Of a DNA stretch of 64,000 bases, positions 36,651 to 47,619 are shown piece by piece; positions within the stretch are counted from its first letter, which is position 1, and the number at the start of each line of letters is the position of its first letter. The DNA is taken from contig CABYHU010000002.1 of NCBI GenBank assembly GCA_902518715.1, forward strand, positions 37,356 through 101,355. The letters are read 5' to 3'. Under the pieces are notes generated by a model. The model made no database searches and was not told where the DNA came from. It worked only from the letters and a program-made list of their open reading frames with translations. The stretch comes from an uncultured SAR86 cluster bacterium (GTDB lineage Bacteria > Pseudomonadota > Gammaproteobacteria > Magnimaribacterales > D2472). Both the position numbers and the translations under genes were made by a program.

Positions 36651-37512
36651 ATGTTATTTCGCAACCGTCCTTTTTAACTAAAAGATCTAACTTTTGAATT
36701 ATTTTCCCAATAAGAAAGAATCCTTGGCTTTTTATCTGGTCATCAAGATGGCTTGGCGCTGTAAAGCATAGCTCATAATCATCTCCGTGAGTTAAGTCAT
36801 TATAATCATTGAGGATGGGAATATCTTCATAACATAATTCAGCACCTACATTTGACTGTTTGCAGATATCACCTAAATCTTTTATGAGCCCATCCGATAT
36901 ATCAATACATGAAGTTGCAAAATCTGAAATATCTTTCGCTTTTTGGAATTGCGGCTTTGGTCTAAGAAAGTCCTTGCAATATATTGAATCTTTTTTGTTG
37001 AGCCAATCGTTGAGACCTTGTTTTGCTTTTCCTAATTGGCCTGTTACAAAGATGGAGTCTCCAAGATTTGCGCCATTTCTTAGTATTGGTTTTTTAAATG
37101 GGTATCCAAAAACATTTACTGAAATATTTAATTCTCCCTTAGTTACATCGCCACCAACGAGATCAATGCTAAATTCATCCAAAGTTTCCTTAATGCCCTT
37201 AGAAAATTTTTCATACCAAGAGATTTCTTCAATGTCGCTGGTTAGTGCGATAGAAATAAAGGATGGAAAAGAGCCCATTCCTGCCAAATCACTCAGTGCT
37301 GTAGTTATAGACCTATAAGCAATATCTTCAGGTCTCATGCTTTCATGGAAGTGGACTCCAATTCTTGAAATATCAACCGAGTGCACTAGCTTTCTGCCTT
37401 GAGTATCTATAACAGCGGCATCATCTCCTGAGCCTAAAAGAATAGAATCCTTGTGATAAGAGCTGTCAACTAGGTGTTGAAAGCATTTAAGAATGTCAGA
37501 TTCAGATATCAA
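36619..37512 (-). CDS. thiL: Thiamine-monophosphate kinase
   Basis: It has the AIR-synthase-related fold with GSGDDAAV, an HF... segment and IDISDGLIKDL. It is 297 aa and is associated with pgpA, as in other bacteria. Confidence 0.85.
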   Translation of the reverse strand: MISESDILKCFQHLVDSSYHKDSILLGSGDDAAVIDTQGRKLVHSVDISRIGVHFHESMRPEDIAYRSITTALSDLAGMGSFPSFISIALTSDIEEISWYEKFSKGIKETLDEFSIDLVGGDVTKGELNISVNVFGYPFKKPILRNGANLGDSIFVTGQLGKAKQGLNDWLNKKDSIYCKDFLRPKPQFQKAKDISDFATSCIDISDGLIKDLGDICKQSNVGAELCYEDIPILNDYNDLTHGDDYELCFTAPSHLDDQIKSQGFFLIGKIIQKLDLLVKKDGCEITFEKNGWDPFE

Positions 37513-38702
37513 GAAGGATATCTTTCAAACAATCCACTTGCTCCCATACCGCCGCCAATACACATAGTTACAACACCAAATTGCTTATCATGAGAATGAA
37601 GCTGTCTAACTATATGCCCCACTTGTCTTGAGCCGGTCATACCGAATGGATGGCCTATAGATATAGATCCTCCATCCAGATTAAGTTTTTCCATTGGAAT
37701 ACCAAGCTTATCTCTGCAATACACTACCTGCACTGCAAAGGCCTCATTAAGCTCCCAAATATCTATATCATCCATTGAAAGATTGTAGTTATTTAAAAGT
37801 TTTGGAACAGAAAAAACAGGGCCTATACCCATTTCATCTGGCTCACATCCCATGGTTGTAAACCCTCTAAAATAAGCTAATGGCTTTAGACCAAGCTCAA
37901 GAGCTTTATCTTCTGACATTACCAAGGTGACAGACGCGCCATCAGATAGTTGAGAAGAATTTCCAGCAGTAACTGATCCATTTTCTGGATCAAAAACTGG
38001 TTTTAAAGAAGCCAATCCATCAAGAGTTGTCTCTGGTCTATTGCACTCATCTTTTTCTACACAATAATCAATTTCTTTTGAGTCGCCAGTTTCTTTATTC
38101 ATAAGAAGCATTTTTGTTTCCATTGGAATAATTTCATCATCATATGCTCCGGCTTGCTGAGCTGCTGCTGTTCTCATTTGACTTTCGAAAGCATACTCGT
38201 CTTGAGCTTCCCTAGATACGTTATATCTTTTTGCAACGACTTCAGCTGTCATTCCCATTGGGTAGTATATTCCTGGAGACTTTTCAGCAAGTCGTTCATT
38301 TACAAAATTATCCATATTTTGCTTTCCTTGCATCATAGAAATTGTTTCTGCTCCACCAGCAATAACTGTGTCATAGCAACCAGCCATAATTTGAGATGCC
38401 GCCATAGATATTGACTGCATTCCAGAAGAACAATACCTATTTATAGTTGTTCCTCCAGTTGTTATGGGCAGATTAGAGAGAACTGCAGCATTTCTTCCAA
38501 CATTATGCCCCTGAGCACCCTCAGGATTTCCGCACCCCATTATGATATCTTCGACAGCTTCTGGAGGTAAATTAGGATTTCTCTCCAATGTTGCGTTTAT
38601 GATATGTGCCAACATTTCATCGGGCCTTGTCATATTAAATCCGCCTCTAAATGACTTTGCTAGTCCTGTTCTAACACTATCTACAATTACAGCTGTTTTC
38701 AT
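37509..38702 (-). CDS. Acetyl-CoA C-acyltransferase (thiolase)
   Basis: It has the active-site Cys segment INRYCSSGMQ, NEAFA, and the C-terminal GHPFGMTGSR and CIGGGMGAS. It is 397 aa. Confidence 0.9.
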   Translation of the reverse strand: MKTAVIVDSVRTGLAKSFRGGFNMTRPDEMLAHIINATLERNPNLPPEAVEDIIMGCGNPEGAQGHNVGRNAAVLSNLPITTGGTTINRYCSSGMQSISMAASQIMAGCYDTVIAGGAETISMMQGKQNMDNFVNERLAEKSPGIYYPMGMTAEVVAKRYNVSREAQDEYAFESQMRTAAAQQAGAYDDEIIPMETKMLLMNKETGDSKEIDYCVEKDECNRPETTLDGLASLKPVFDPENGSVTAGNSSQLSDGASVTLVMSEDKALELGLKPLAYFRGFTTMGCEPDEMGIGPVFSVPKLLNNYNLSMDDIDIWELNEAFAVQVVYCRDKLGIPMEKLNLDGGSISIGHPFGMTGSRQVGHIVRQLHSHDKQFGVVTMCIGGGMGASGLFERYPS

Positions 38703-38725
38703 AATTTACTCCGAAATTTACTCTA

Positions 38726-39031
38726 TTATTCTAATCTATCATCCTGTTCTCTTAAAGCTTTATACCACTTGGGAATTATATCGATATTATTTTCTTTAGC
38801 TTTTTTAACAAGATAAGGAATGCTAACAGGGCTAAAAGGTAAAATGACGAGAACGCCCATACCTAAGCTTTTAAGTATCTCTGCAAGCTGTTTGTTGGCA
38901 TTTTCTAGATCTTGCTCCGAAGCCTCGCCCTCAAGATATTTCAGATATAAATCCAACATCTTTGTGTTTTGTACATTTTCTTCTAAAAATGCATCTTTAA
39001 GCTTAAGTAGATATTTCCTATACTTGATCAT
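38726..39031 (-). CDS. Hypothetical small protein with one hydrophobic segment
   Basis: 101 aa. An acidic helical N-terminal half is followed by a hydrophobic stretch (LGMGVLVILPFSPVSIPYLV) and a basic/acidic tail. I recognise no family. It is called as coding only from ORF length and the tight fit between neighbouring genes. Confidence 0.45.
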   Translation of the reverse strand: MIKYRKYLLKLKDAFLEENVQNTKMLDLYLKYLEGEASEQDLENANKQLAEILKSLGMGVLVILPFSPVSIPYLVKKAKENNIDIIPKWYKALREQDDRLE

Positions 39032-39057
39032 TTAGAATTAATTTAAATATTTATTAT

Positions 39058-39711
39058 ATGACAAGAAAAGAGAGAGCATTAATAGTTAAAAAGATTTTAG
39101 GTAAAAAATATCCTAATCCACCTATACCACTCAATCATTTCAATAATTTTTCTTTTTTGATAGCCGTTTTACTATCAGCCCAGTGCACTGATGAAAGAGT
39201 AAACCAGGTAACTCCCAAGTTATTTAAGTTAGCAAAAAGCCCTCTTGAGATGTCAAAACTATCTGAAAAGAAAATATATTCTATTATTAAGCCTTGTGGT
39301 CTGGGTCCTAAAAAATCAAAAGCTATAAAAGAGTTGTCAAAAATATTAGTTAAAGAACATGACAGCAAAGTTCCTGAAAGCTTTCATGAGTTAGAAAAAT
39401 TACCAGGAGTTGGCCACAAAACTGCATCTGTTTTGATGAGTCAAGCTTTTGGTGAACCTGCTTTTCCTGTAGACACTCATGTTCACAGGTTGGCTCAAAG
39501 ATGGGGGCTTACTTCAGGAAAGAATGTAGTGCAAACAGAAAAAGATTTAAAGAAAGTATTCCCGCCTGAAGACTGGAATGATTTACATTTGCAATTTATT
39601 TTTTGGGGAAGAGAATATTGCCAAGCCAGAGAATGCTTTGGACTGAAGTGTAAAATTTGTAAACAAACATCGCCTAATAGAAAAAAAACTTTTATCCACA
39701 AAAAACCATAG
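39058..39711 (+). CDS. nth: Endonuclease III (HhH-GPD DNA glycosylase/AP lyase)
   Basis: It has LLSAQCTDERVN, the HhH segment LPGVGHKTASV and VDTHVHR. The C-terminal four-Cys cluster has unusual spacing (see findings). It is 217 aa. Confidence 0.85.
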   Translation: MTRKERALIVKKILGKKYPNPPIPLNHFNNFSFLIAVLLSAQCTDERVNQVTPKLFKLAKSPLEMSKLSEKKIYSIIKPCGLGPKKSKAIKELSKILVKEHDSKVPESFHELEKLPGVGHKTASVLMSQAFGEPAFPVDTHVHRLAQRWGLTSGKNVVQTEKDLKKVFPPEDWNDLHLQFIFWGREYCQARECFGLKCKICKQTSPNRKKTFIHKKP

Positions 39712-39773
39712 TTCATTTAAAATATACTTAATATTCACAAATTGTAACCCTCGATATTGGAGAAACTTTAAAA

Positions 39774-41069
39774 ATGTCTATGCTTGATAATAAATCTAAT
39801 CGTAAAACTGATTCAATCTTTTCAAATAAAAAAGATATAGAACTTTATGATGCTGAGCTTTGGGAATCCTTTGAAAAGGAAATGGTTAGACAAGAAGAAC
39901 ATATTGAACTTATAGCTTCAGAAAATTATGCAAGTCAAAGAGTGCTTCAGGCTCAAGGTTCTGTATTAACAAATAAATATGCTGAGGGATATCCTGACAA
40001 AAGATATTATGGCGGCTGTGAGTTTGTTGATATTGCTGAGAAGTTAGCAATAGATAGAGCTAAGGAGCTTTTTAATGCTGATTATGCCAATGTTCAGCCT
40101 CATTCTGGCTCCTCTGCAAATGCTGCTGCATATTTAGCATTACTTGAGCCAAATGACGCAATACTCGGAATGAGTCTTGATCATGGGGGACACCTTACAC
40201 ATGGATCGAAAGTAAATTTTTCAGGAAGAAACTATAAATCTTTTCAATACGGTTTAAATCCTGAAACACATGATATCGATTATGACCAAGTTCGTGATTT
40301 AGCAAAAAAACATAACCCAAAACTAATAATTGCTGGGTTTTCAGCTTTCTCTGGTTTGGTTGACTGGAGCATATTTAGAGAAATTGCAGATGAAATTAAT
40401 GCATATTTCTTAGTAGATATGGCCCACATATCAGGACTTGTAGCGGCAGGTATGTATCCTTCACCTGTGCCATATGCTGACGTTGTTACATCAACGACTC
40501 ACAAAACACTTAGAGGTCCAAGGTCTGGAATTATTCTTGCAAGGAAAAATGAAGAAATACAAAAAAAATTAAACTCCGCAGTTTTTCCAGGATCACAAGG
40601 AGGTCCTTTGATGCATGTTGTTGCTGCTAAAGCAGTTTGTTTTAAAGAAGCTCTTGAGCCTGAATTTAAAACTTATATGTCTCAAGTTATTAGTAATGCT
40701 AAAACCATGGCGAAGACTATTATTGGAAGAGGAGTCGACATAGTAAAAGGCGGCACTGAAAATCATATGATTCTTGTCGACCTTAGAAATAAAGGGATAA
40801 CAGGAAAGGACTCTGAATATAAACTTGGTTTAGCTAATATCACAGTAAATAAGAACGCTGTTCCTAACGATCCACAGTCTCCCTTTGTAACATCAGGAAT
40901 AAGACTTGGAACACCTGCAGTTACAACAAGAGGTTTTAAAGAGGATCAAATTATTCAAATTTCAAATTGGATCTGCGATATAGTCCTTGATTTAGATAAT
41001 GAGAAAAAAATTGAGGGAATTAAAGATAAAGCTCTGTCTTTATGCAAAGAATTCCCAGTGTATAAATAA
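39774..41069 (+). CDS. glyA: Serine hydroxymethyltransferase
   Basis: It has [20 protein letters not shown] and the PLP-Lys motif [12 protein letters not shown]. It is 431 aa. Confidence 0.96.
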   Translation: MSMLDNKSNRKTDSIFSNKKDIELYDAELWESFEKEMVRQEEHIELIASENYASQRVLQAQGSVLTNKYAEGYPDKRYYGGCEFVDIAEKLAIDRAKELFNADYANVQPHSGSSANAAAYLALLEPNDAILGMSLDHGGHLTHGSKVNFSGRNYKSFQYGLNPETHDIDYDQVRDLAKKHNPKLIIAGFSAFSGLVDWSIFREIADEINAYFLVDMAHISGLVAAGMYPSPVPYADVVTSTTHKTLRGPRSGIILARKNEEIQKKLNSAVFPGSQGGPLMHVVAAKAVCFKEALEPEFKTYMSQVISNAKTMAKTIIGRGVDIVKGGTENHMILVDLRNKGITGKDSEYKLGLANITVNKNAVPNDPQSPFVTSGIRLGTPAVTTRGFKEDQIIQISNWICDIVLDLDNEKKIEGIKDKALSLCKEFPVYK

Positions 41070-41545
41070 TGTATTGTCCTTTTTGCCAAGCAGAAGATAC
41101 AAAAGTTGTTGATTCAAGAATATTTGCTGATGGTTCTCAAATCAGAAGAAGAAGAAAATGCGATGTTTGTAACGCAAGGTTTACAACATTTGAGGTTGCT
41201 GATCTAGCTCTTCCAAAGATTATTAAAAATGATGGGAAGCGACAAGAGTTTAATGGTTCTAAGTTAAAAAAAGGGATGCTAAGAGCCCTAGAAAAAAGAC
41301 CTCTTTCAGCTGAGAAAACAGATGCCCTCTTTTCAAAGATCTTAAGTGACATAAGAGTGCTTGGAGAAAGAGAGATTCACTCTGAAAAAATAGGAGAGAT
41401 TATGATGAATGCTCTTAAAGATGTTGATCAGGTTGCATATGTCAGATTTGCGTCTGTCTATAGAGATTTCCAAGATATCAGTGATTTTTCAGATGAAATA
41501 AAGTCGCTAAGTAAAGAAGATAAGAAAAAATCTAAAAAGAAATAA
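41069..41545 (+). CDS. nrdR: Transcriptional repressor NrdR
   Basis: It has an N-terminal zinc ribbon (MYCPFC..CDVC) followed by an ATP-cone. It is 158 aa and lies upstream of ribD, as is widely conserved. Confidence 0.92.
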   Translation: MYCPFCQAEDTKVVDSRIFADGSQIRRRRKCDVCNARFTTFEVADLALPKIIKNDGKRQEFNGSKLKKGMLRALEKRPLSAEKTDALFSKILSDIRVLGEREIHSEKIGEIMMNALKDVDQVAYVRFASVYRDFQDISDFSDEIKSLSKEDKKKSKKK

Positions 41546-42549
41546 TGAATGAAATTTTTTTAAAAAGGGCTATTGATCTTGCTCATAAAGGGAAATATTT
41601 AACTAAACCTAATCCTATGGTTGGATGCGTTATCGTCAAAGACAACGAGGTAATTGCAGAGGGACATCATATGAAATATGGCTCTAATCATGCAGAGATA
41701 AATGCGCTTAAAGATCTTTCTAAAAATAATAATATTTCCGAAGCGGAATTAAGACAGCTCACTTTATACTGCACGTTAGAACCTTGCTGCCATCATGGTA
41801 AAACTGGACCTTGTACAGATGCAATAATTAAGTCTGGTATTAAGAAGGTTGTAATTGGAACCAAAGATCCAAACCCAAAAGTTTCTGGATCTGGTATTAA
41901 GCAATTGGAGGATAATGGTATTGAAGTCTTATCTGGTTTTTTTGAGGAAGAATTGATTGAACTTAATAAACATTTCTTTTTCAAAAATACTTATAACAGG
42001 CCCTACATAGCAGTAAAAATTGCTTCCTCAGCAGATGGAATGTCTCATAGAAAAGATAATACATTTACATGGATTACCTCTGAACAATCTAGAGATGATG
42101 TACAAATTGTAAGAGCAGGATTTGATGCAATCCTCACTGGTGGCAATACAGTCAGAAATGATAATCCTAGGATGAATGCCAGAGTTAATTTCGAAGTTAA
42201 TCAGCCTCAAAAAATACTTCTAACTTCTCAAAAAATTAACAAAGAATTAAATTTCTTCAAAACTGGAGATGTAATAATTAATCGCTCATCTGATTTAAAT
42301 AAAGTAATTACAGAGCTATCGAATACAGAAATAAATTCAATTTTAGTTGAAGCAGGTCCAAATTTAGTAAAGGCCTTTCTGGATAAGCATTTGGTTGATG
42401 AAATAATTATATATAAGTCTAATATTATATTAGGAAATGAAGGGGTTTCCTGGTTTGAAAATAAAACTATAGAAAGCTTAGGTTTTGATTTAAAATCCTC
42501 TCTTAAAATTAATGATGATAGTAAAGAAACTTATTTAAAAAGAACATGA
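41545..42549 (+). CDS. ribD: Bifunctional riboflavin biosynthesis deaminase/reductase
   Basis: It has the deaminase zinc motifs HAEINAL and TLEPCCHHGKTGPC, with a reductase domain C-terminal. It is 334 aa. Confidence 0.9.
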   Translation: MNEIFLKRAIDLAHKGKYLTKPNPMVGCVIVKDNEVIAEGHHMKYGSNHAEINALKDLSKNNNISEAELRQLTLYCTLEPCCHHGKTGPCTDAIIKSGIKKVVIGTKDPNPKVSGSGIKQLEDNGIEVLSGFFEEELIELNKHFFFKNTYNRPYIAVKIASSADGMSHRKDNTFTWITSEQSRDDVQIVRAGFDAILTGGNTVRNDNPRMNARVNFEVNQPQKILLTSQKINKELNFFKTGDVIINRSSDLNKVITELSNTEINSILVEAGPNLVKAFLDKHLVDEIIIYKSNIILGNEGVSWFENKTIESLGFDLKSSLKINDDSKETYLKRT

Positions 42550-43616
42550 ATACAACAAAAGAAATCATTGATGACCTAAAAGAGGGGAAAATGGTCATTA
42601 TCGTCGATGATGAAGATAGAGAGAATGAGGGTGACCTAGTTTGTGCAGCAGATAAAGTTAATTCAGATATTGTTAACTTTATGGCAAAGTATGGAAGAGG
42701 CTTAATTTGTCTAACGCTTACCAAGGAAAAGTGTTCTATTTTGGGCTTAAAACAAATGACTGATTCAAATGAATCCAACAATAAGACCGCTTTTACTGTC
42801 TCTATAGAAGCAAAAGAAGGTATAACTACAGGAATTTCTGCCCAAGACAGAGCTACAACCATTCTTGCAGCTGTTAATCCAGTTGCAACAAAAAAAGATA
42901 TTGCTCAACCTGGGCATGTCTTTCCTCTGCAAGCAATGGATGGTGGTGTCCTAGCAAGAGCCGGTCATACCGAAGCTTCTTGCGATCTTGCAGAACTTGC
43001 AGGATATTCTCCATCAGGTGTCATTTGCGAAATCATGAATGATGACGGCTCAATGGCAAGAAGAGATGATCTTATTGAGTTCGCTAAAAAACATAGTTTA
43101 AAGATTGGTACTATTGCTGATTTAATTGATTTTAGACTTACAACTGAAGCAACTGTAAAGGAGGTTGAAAAAAGATCTGTTGAAACAGACTTTGGAGAAT
43201 TTGAATTAAGGATTTGGGAAGATATGCTAGAAAAAAACTTCCATTTTTCTTTATCTAAGGGTGATATCCAAAATGTAGATGCCCCATTAGTCAGAGTTCA
43301 AACGCAAAGCGTTTTACAAGATACGTTAGCGATTAATGATCTTGGAAAAAAGTGGTCGGTTAGGAAATCTTTAGAAAAGATTTCAAAATCAGAAGCAGGT
43401 GTGTTTGTTTTAATAAATCATAGAGATGCCAGTAGTTATTGGCTCTCTTTACTTGAAGGTAAAGAGCTAACAAAAAAAAGCAGAAGAGTTATTGGAGCTG
43501 GATCTCAAATTTTAAGAGATCTGGGGCTCACAAAAATAAAAGTTTTAGGTACCCCAACTCAATATAATAATATTTCTGGATTTAACATTGAAATAGTAGG
43601 TTTTGAAAATGACTAA
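42546..43616 (+). CDS. ribB: 3,4-dihydroxy-2-butanone-4-phosphate synthase with degenerate GTP cyclohydrolase II-like C-terminal domain
   Basis: The N-terminal DHBPS motifs are intact (DDEDRENEGDLV, RAGHTEAS). The C-terminal domain lacks the Cys-rich zinc site of GCH II: it reads RVQTQSVLQDTLAINDLGKKW where RVHSEC..CDCG is expected. Confidence 0.85.
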   Translation: MNTTKEIIDDLKEGKMVIIVDDEDRENEGDLVCAADKVNSDIVNFMAKYGRGLICLTLTKEKCSILGLKQMTDSNESNNKTAFTVSIEAKEGITTGISAQDRATTILAAVNPVATKKDIAQPGHVFPLQAMDGGVLARAGHTEASCDLAELAGYSPSGVICEIMNDDGSMARRDDLIEFAKKHSLKIGTIADLIDFRLTTEATVKEVEKRSVETDFGEFELRIWEDMLEKNFHFSLSKGDIQNVDAPLVRVQTQSVLQDTLAINDLGKKWSVRKSLEKISKSEAGVFVLINHRDASSYWLSLLEGKELTKKSRRVIGAGSQILRDLGLTKIKVLGTPTQYNNISGFNIEIVGFEND

Positions 43617-44028
43617 AAATGATGAAATCCTGATTATCTATACCAGTTGGTATACAGATTTTATTAATGAGATGACGGGCGCGGCTTTGGAAAGATTAGG
43701 ATCTGAGGATTGTATGATTAAATCCTTTAAAGCACCTGGGTCACTTGAAATTCCAGCCTTAGCCAAAGCAAAGATTACCTCTAAAACAAAAGGAATTCTT
43801 GCCATAGGAATTGTCATAAGAGGGGAAACATCACATTATGACTTGGTCAGTAATGAAACTTTTAGATCACTGGGGCAGCTAGCTCTTGATTATCCTGATA
43901 TTTCAATAATAAATGGCGTAATTTGTGTAGATAACAAAGATCAACTTGAAAAAAGATATATCACTACAACGACAAATAATGCCAATGCATTAATAGCTCT
44001 CATTAATGAAAAATCTAGCGAAACATAA
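43603..44028 (+). CDS. ribH: 6,7-dimethyl-8-ribityllumazine synthase
   Basis: It has APGSLEIPALA and IGIVIRGETSHYDLV, matching the vpGafEiP and IRG.T.Hf..V motifs. It is 141 aa and lies between ribBA and nusB. Confidence 0.85.
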   Translation: MKMTKNDEILIIYTSWYTDFINEMTGAALERLGSEDCMIKSFKAPGSLEIPALAKAKITSKTKGILAIGIVIRGETSHYDLVSNETFRSLGQLALDYPDISIINGVICVDNKDQLEKRYITTTTNNANALIALINEKSSET

Positions 44029-44407
44029 AATAGCTGTTAAAACTAGAGAAGTCCTAGTTCAAGCAATTTATCAGCATTTATTTGATAAAACTTCTTCTGA
44101 AGAAATATTAGAACAATTTAAAAAAGAGCATCGGTCTGGAAAAGTAGACTTCAAAAGATTTAAACTTTGTGTAGATGCACTCATTAAAGATAACGAGACC
44201 ATTGAGAAAACTATTTCAAAAAAAATGAAAATTAAAGAAAATGAAATTGAACTTATTGATAAAGCAATCTTGTGTCTTGGCATAATAGAAATGAATAATG
44301 AAATGGCACCAAGAACTGTTGTCATTGATGAATGTATAAGGTTAACAAAAAAATTCTCTAATCCTGAATCATATAAATTTATAAATGCGAGTTTAGATAA
44401 AATTTAG
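44006..44407 (+). CDS. nusB: Transcription antitermination factor NusB
   Basis: 133 aa. REVLVQAIYQ at the N-terminus resembles NusB (R..a.q.LYq). It has the conserved position after ribH. Confidence 0.8.
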   Translation: MKNLAKHKIAVKTREVLVQAIYQHLFDKTSSEEILEQFKKEHRSGKVDFKRFKLCVDALIKDNETIEKTISKKMKIKENEIELIDKAILCLGIIEMNNEMAPRTVVIDECIRLTKKFSNPESYKFINASLDKI

Positions 44408-44418
44408 CTGAGATAAAT

Positions 44419-46513
<2,095 letters not shown>

Positions 46514-46515
46514 AC

Positions 46516-47556
46516 TTAATCCTCATCCTCATCTTGTGTTTGTTGCAAAATATCACCTAAGGGAAGAAGTGTTATATTGCTTCCATCGTTGACATCAATC
46601 ATTATTTTGGTTGAATCTGAATAAACTTTTTTCATAGCATCAAGATGGATTCTCTTTCTAACTACTTCAGGATTCTTTTTATACTCATCATAAACTTCAT
46701 TAAATCTTACAACTTCACCTTCGGCAGTAAGTATTACTTGTTCTTTATATGCTTCAGCAGCTTTAATAGTTGCCTCAGCCTGACCTCTTGCTTCAGGGAC
46801 AATAGTAAGAGCATATCTTTCAGCCTCATTTTGAAGCCTAATCTTGTCTTCTCTTGCAGCAACCACATCGTCAAAAGCAGCTTTTACAGCAACCGGCGGA
46901 TCAGTTTTTTCAATGTTAACTTGTTGAACAATTAATCCAGCTTGATAAATATCAAGGTATTCTTGAAGCCTGTCTCCAACATCTTGAGCTATCTTCTCTC
47001 TTCCTACTGTTAAAGTTTGTTCCAATGAGTTATCGCCTACAACAAATCTCAATGCACTCTCCGTAGCCTTTCTAAGGCTTGCTTCAGGATCTCTAACATT
47101 GAGAACAAAGTCTTTAATATTGCTTATTCTGTATTGAACTGAAACTGTAACATCGACTAAATTCTCATCTTGTGTAAGCATATTTGCTGTTTGAGAATAT
47201 CTTCTCGTAAGGGCTACATCCTCTTTAAATCTTTGATCAATTCCAAATAACATAAAGTTAAGACCTTCTGTAGTCTCTTTGTGATACTCACCAAGTCTTA
47301 AGATAACTACCCTTTCACCAGGCTGAACTGTATAGATGGATGCAGATAGATAGACGACTGCTAATATAAAAAATCCATAACCAAGAAATCTACTAGGTGA
47401 AAAATTAAAACCACCGCCTGATGATGAGCCTTTTCCTCCACCAGACTTGCTGCCTAAGATAGAAGAAAATCTCTTTAGAAGATCATCAAAGTCTTGATCA
47501 TTTCCATTGGAGCGATTGCCCCAAGGGTCTTTATTATCCTGATTATCCCAATTCAT
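46516..47556 (-). CDS. hflK: Protease modulator HflK (SPFH/band 7)
   Basis: The N-terminus is Gly/Ser-rich (PWGNRSNGNDQD..GGGKGSSSGGG), followed by a TM helix and an SPFH domain. It is 346 aa. Confidence 0.88.
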   Translation of the reverse strand: MNWDNQDNKDPWGNRSNGNDQDFDDLLKRFSSILGSKSGGGKGSSSGGGFNFSPSRFLGYGFFILAVVYLSASIYTVQPGERVVILRLGEYHKETTEGLNFMLFGIDQRFKEDVALTRRYSQTANMLTQDENLVDVTVSVQYRISNIKDFVLNVRDPEASLRKATESALRFVVGDNSLEQTLTVGREKIAQDVGDRLQEYLDIYQAGLIVQQVNIEKTDPPVAVKAAFDDVVAAREDKIRLQNEAERYALTIVPEARGQAEATIKAAEAYKEQVILTAEGEVVRFNEVYDEYKKNPEVVRKRIHLDAMKKVYSDSTKIMIDVNDGSNITLLPLGDILQQTQDEDED

Positions 47557-47619
47557 AACGCTTATTATATATGTTTAACATTAATATATGGATGAAAGAA
47601 GATAATTAAACAAATTATT

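Noticed and set aside
36860-37318. Long antisense or alternative-frame ORFs inside well-supported genes. Examples are 36860-37318 (152 aa, antisense to thiL), 29722-30114 (antisense to the RND pump), 42509-42862 (antisense to ribBA), 11046-11396 (antisense to aroA) and 797-1156 (across wzz and tRNA-Leu).
   Set aside because: Each lies wholly within a gene whose product has clear family motifs. Their translations are low-complexity, Ser/Leu/Phe/Ile-rich, and have no recognisable motifs. One of them runs through a tRNA gene. They are most likely shadow ORFs.
41069-43616. Expected FMN riboswitch or other leader upstream of the riboflavin genes.
   Set aside because: The genes from nrdR through ribD, ribBA and ribH to nusB abut or overlap: glyA and nrdR share 1 nt, nrdR and ribD share 1 nt, and ribD and ribBA overlap by 4 nt. 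No non-coding space exists for a roughly 140-nt aptamer.
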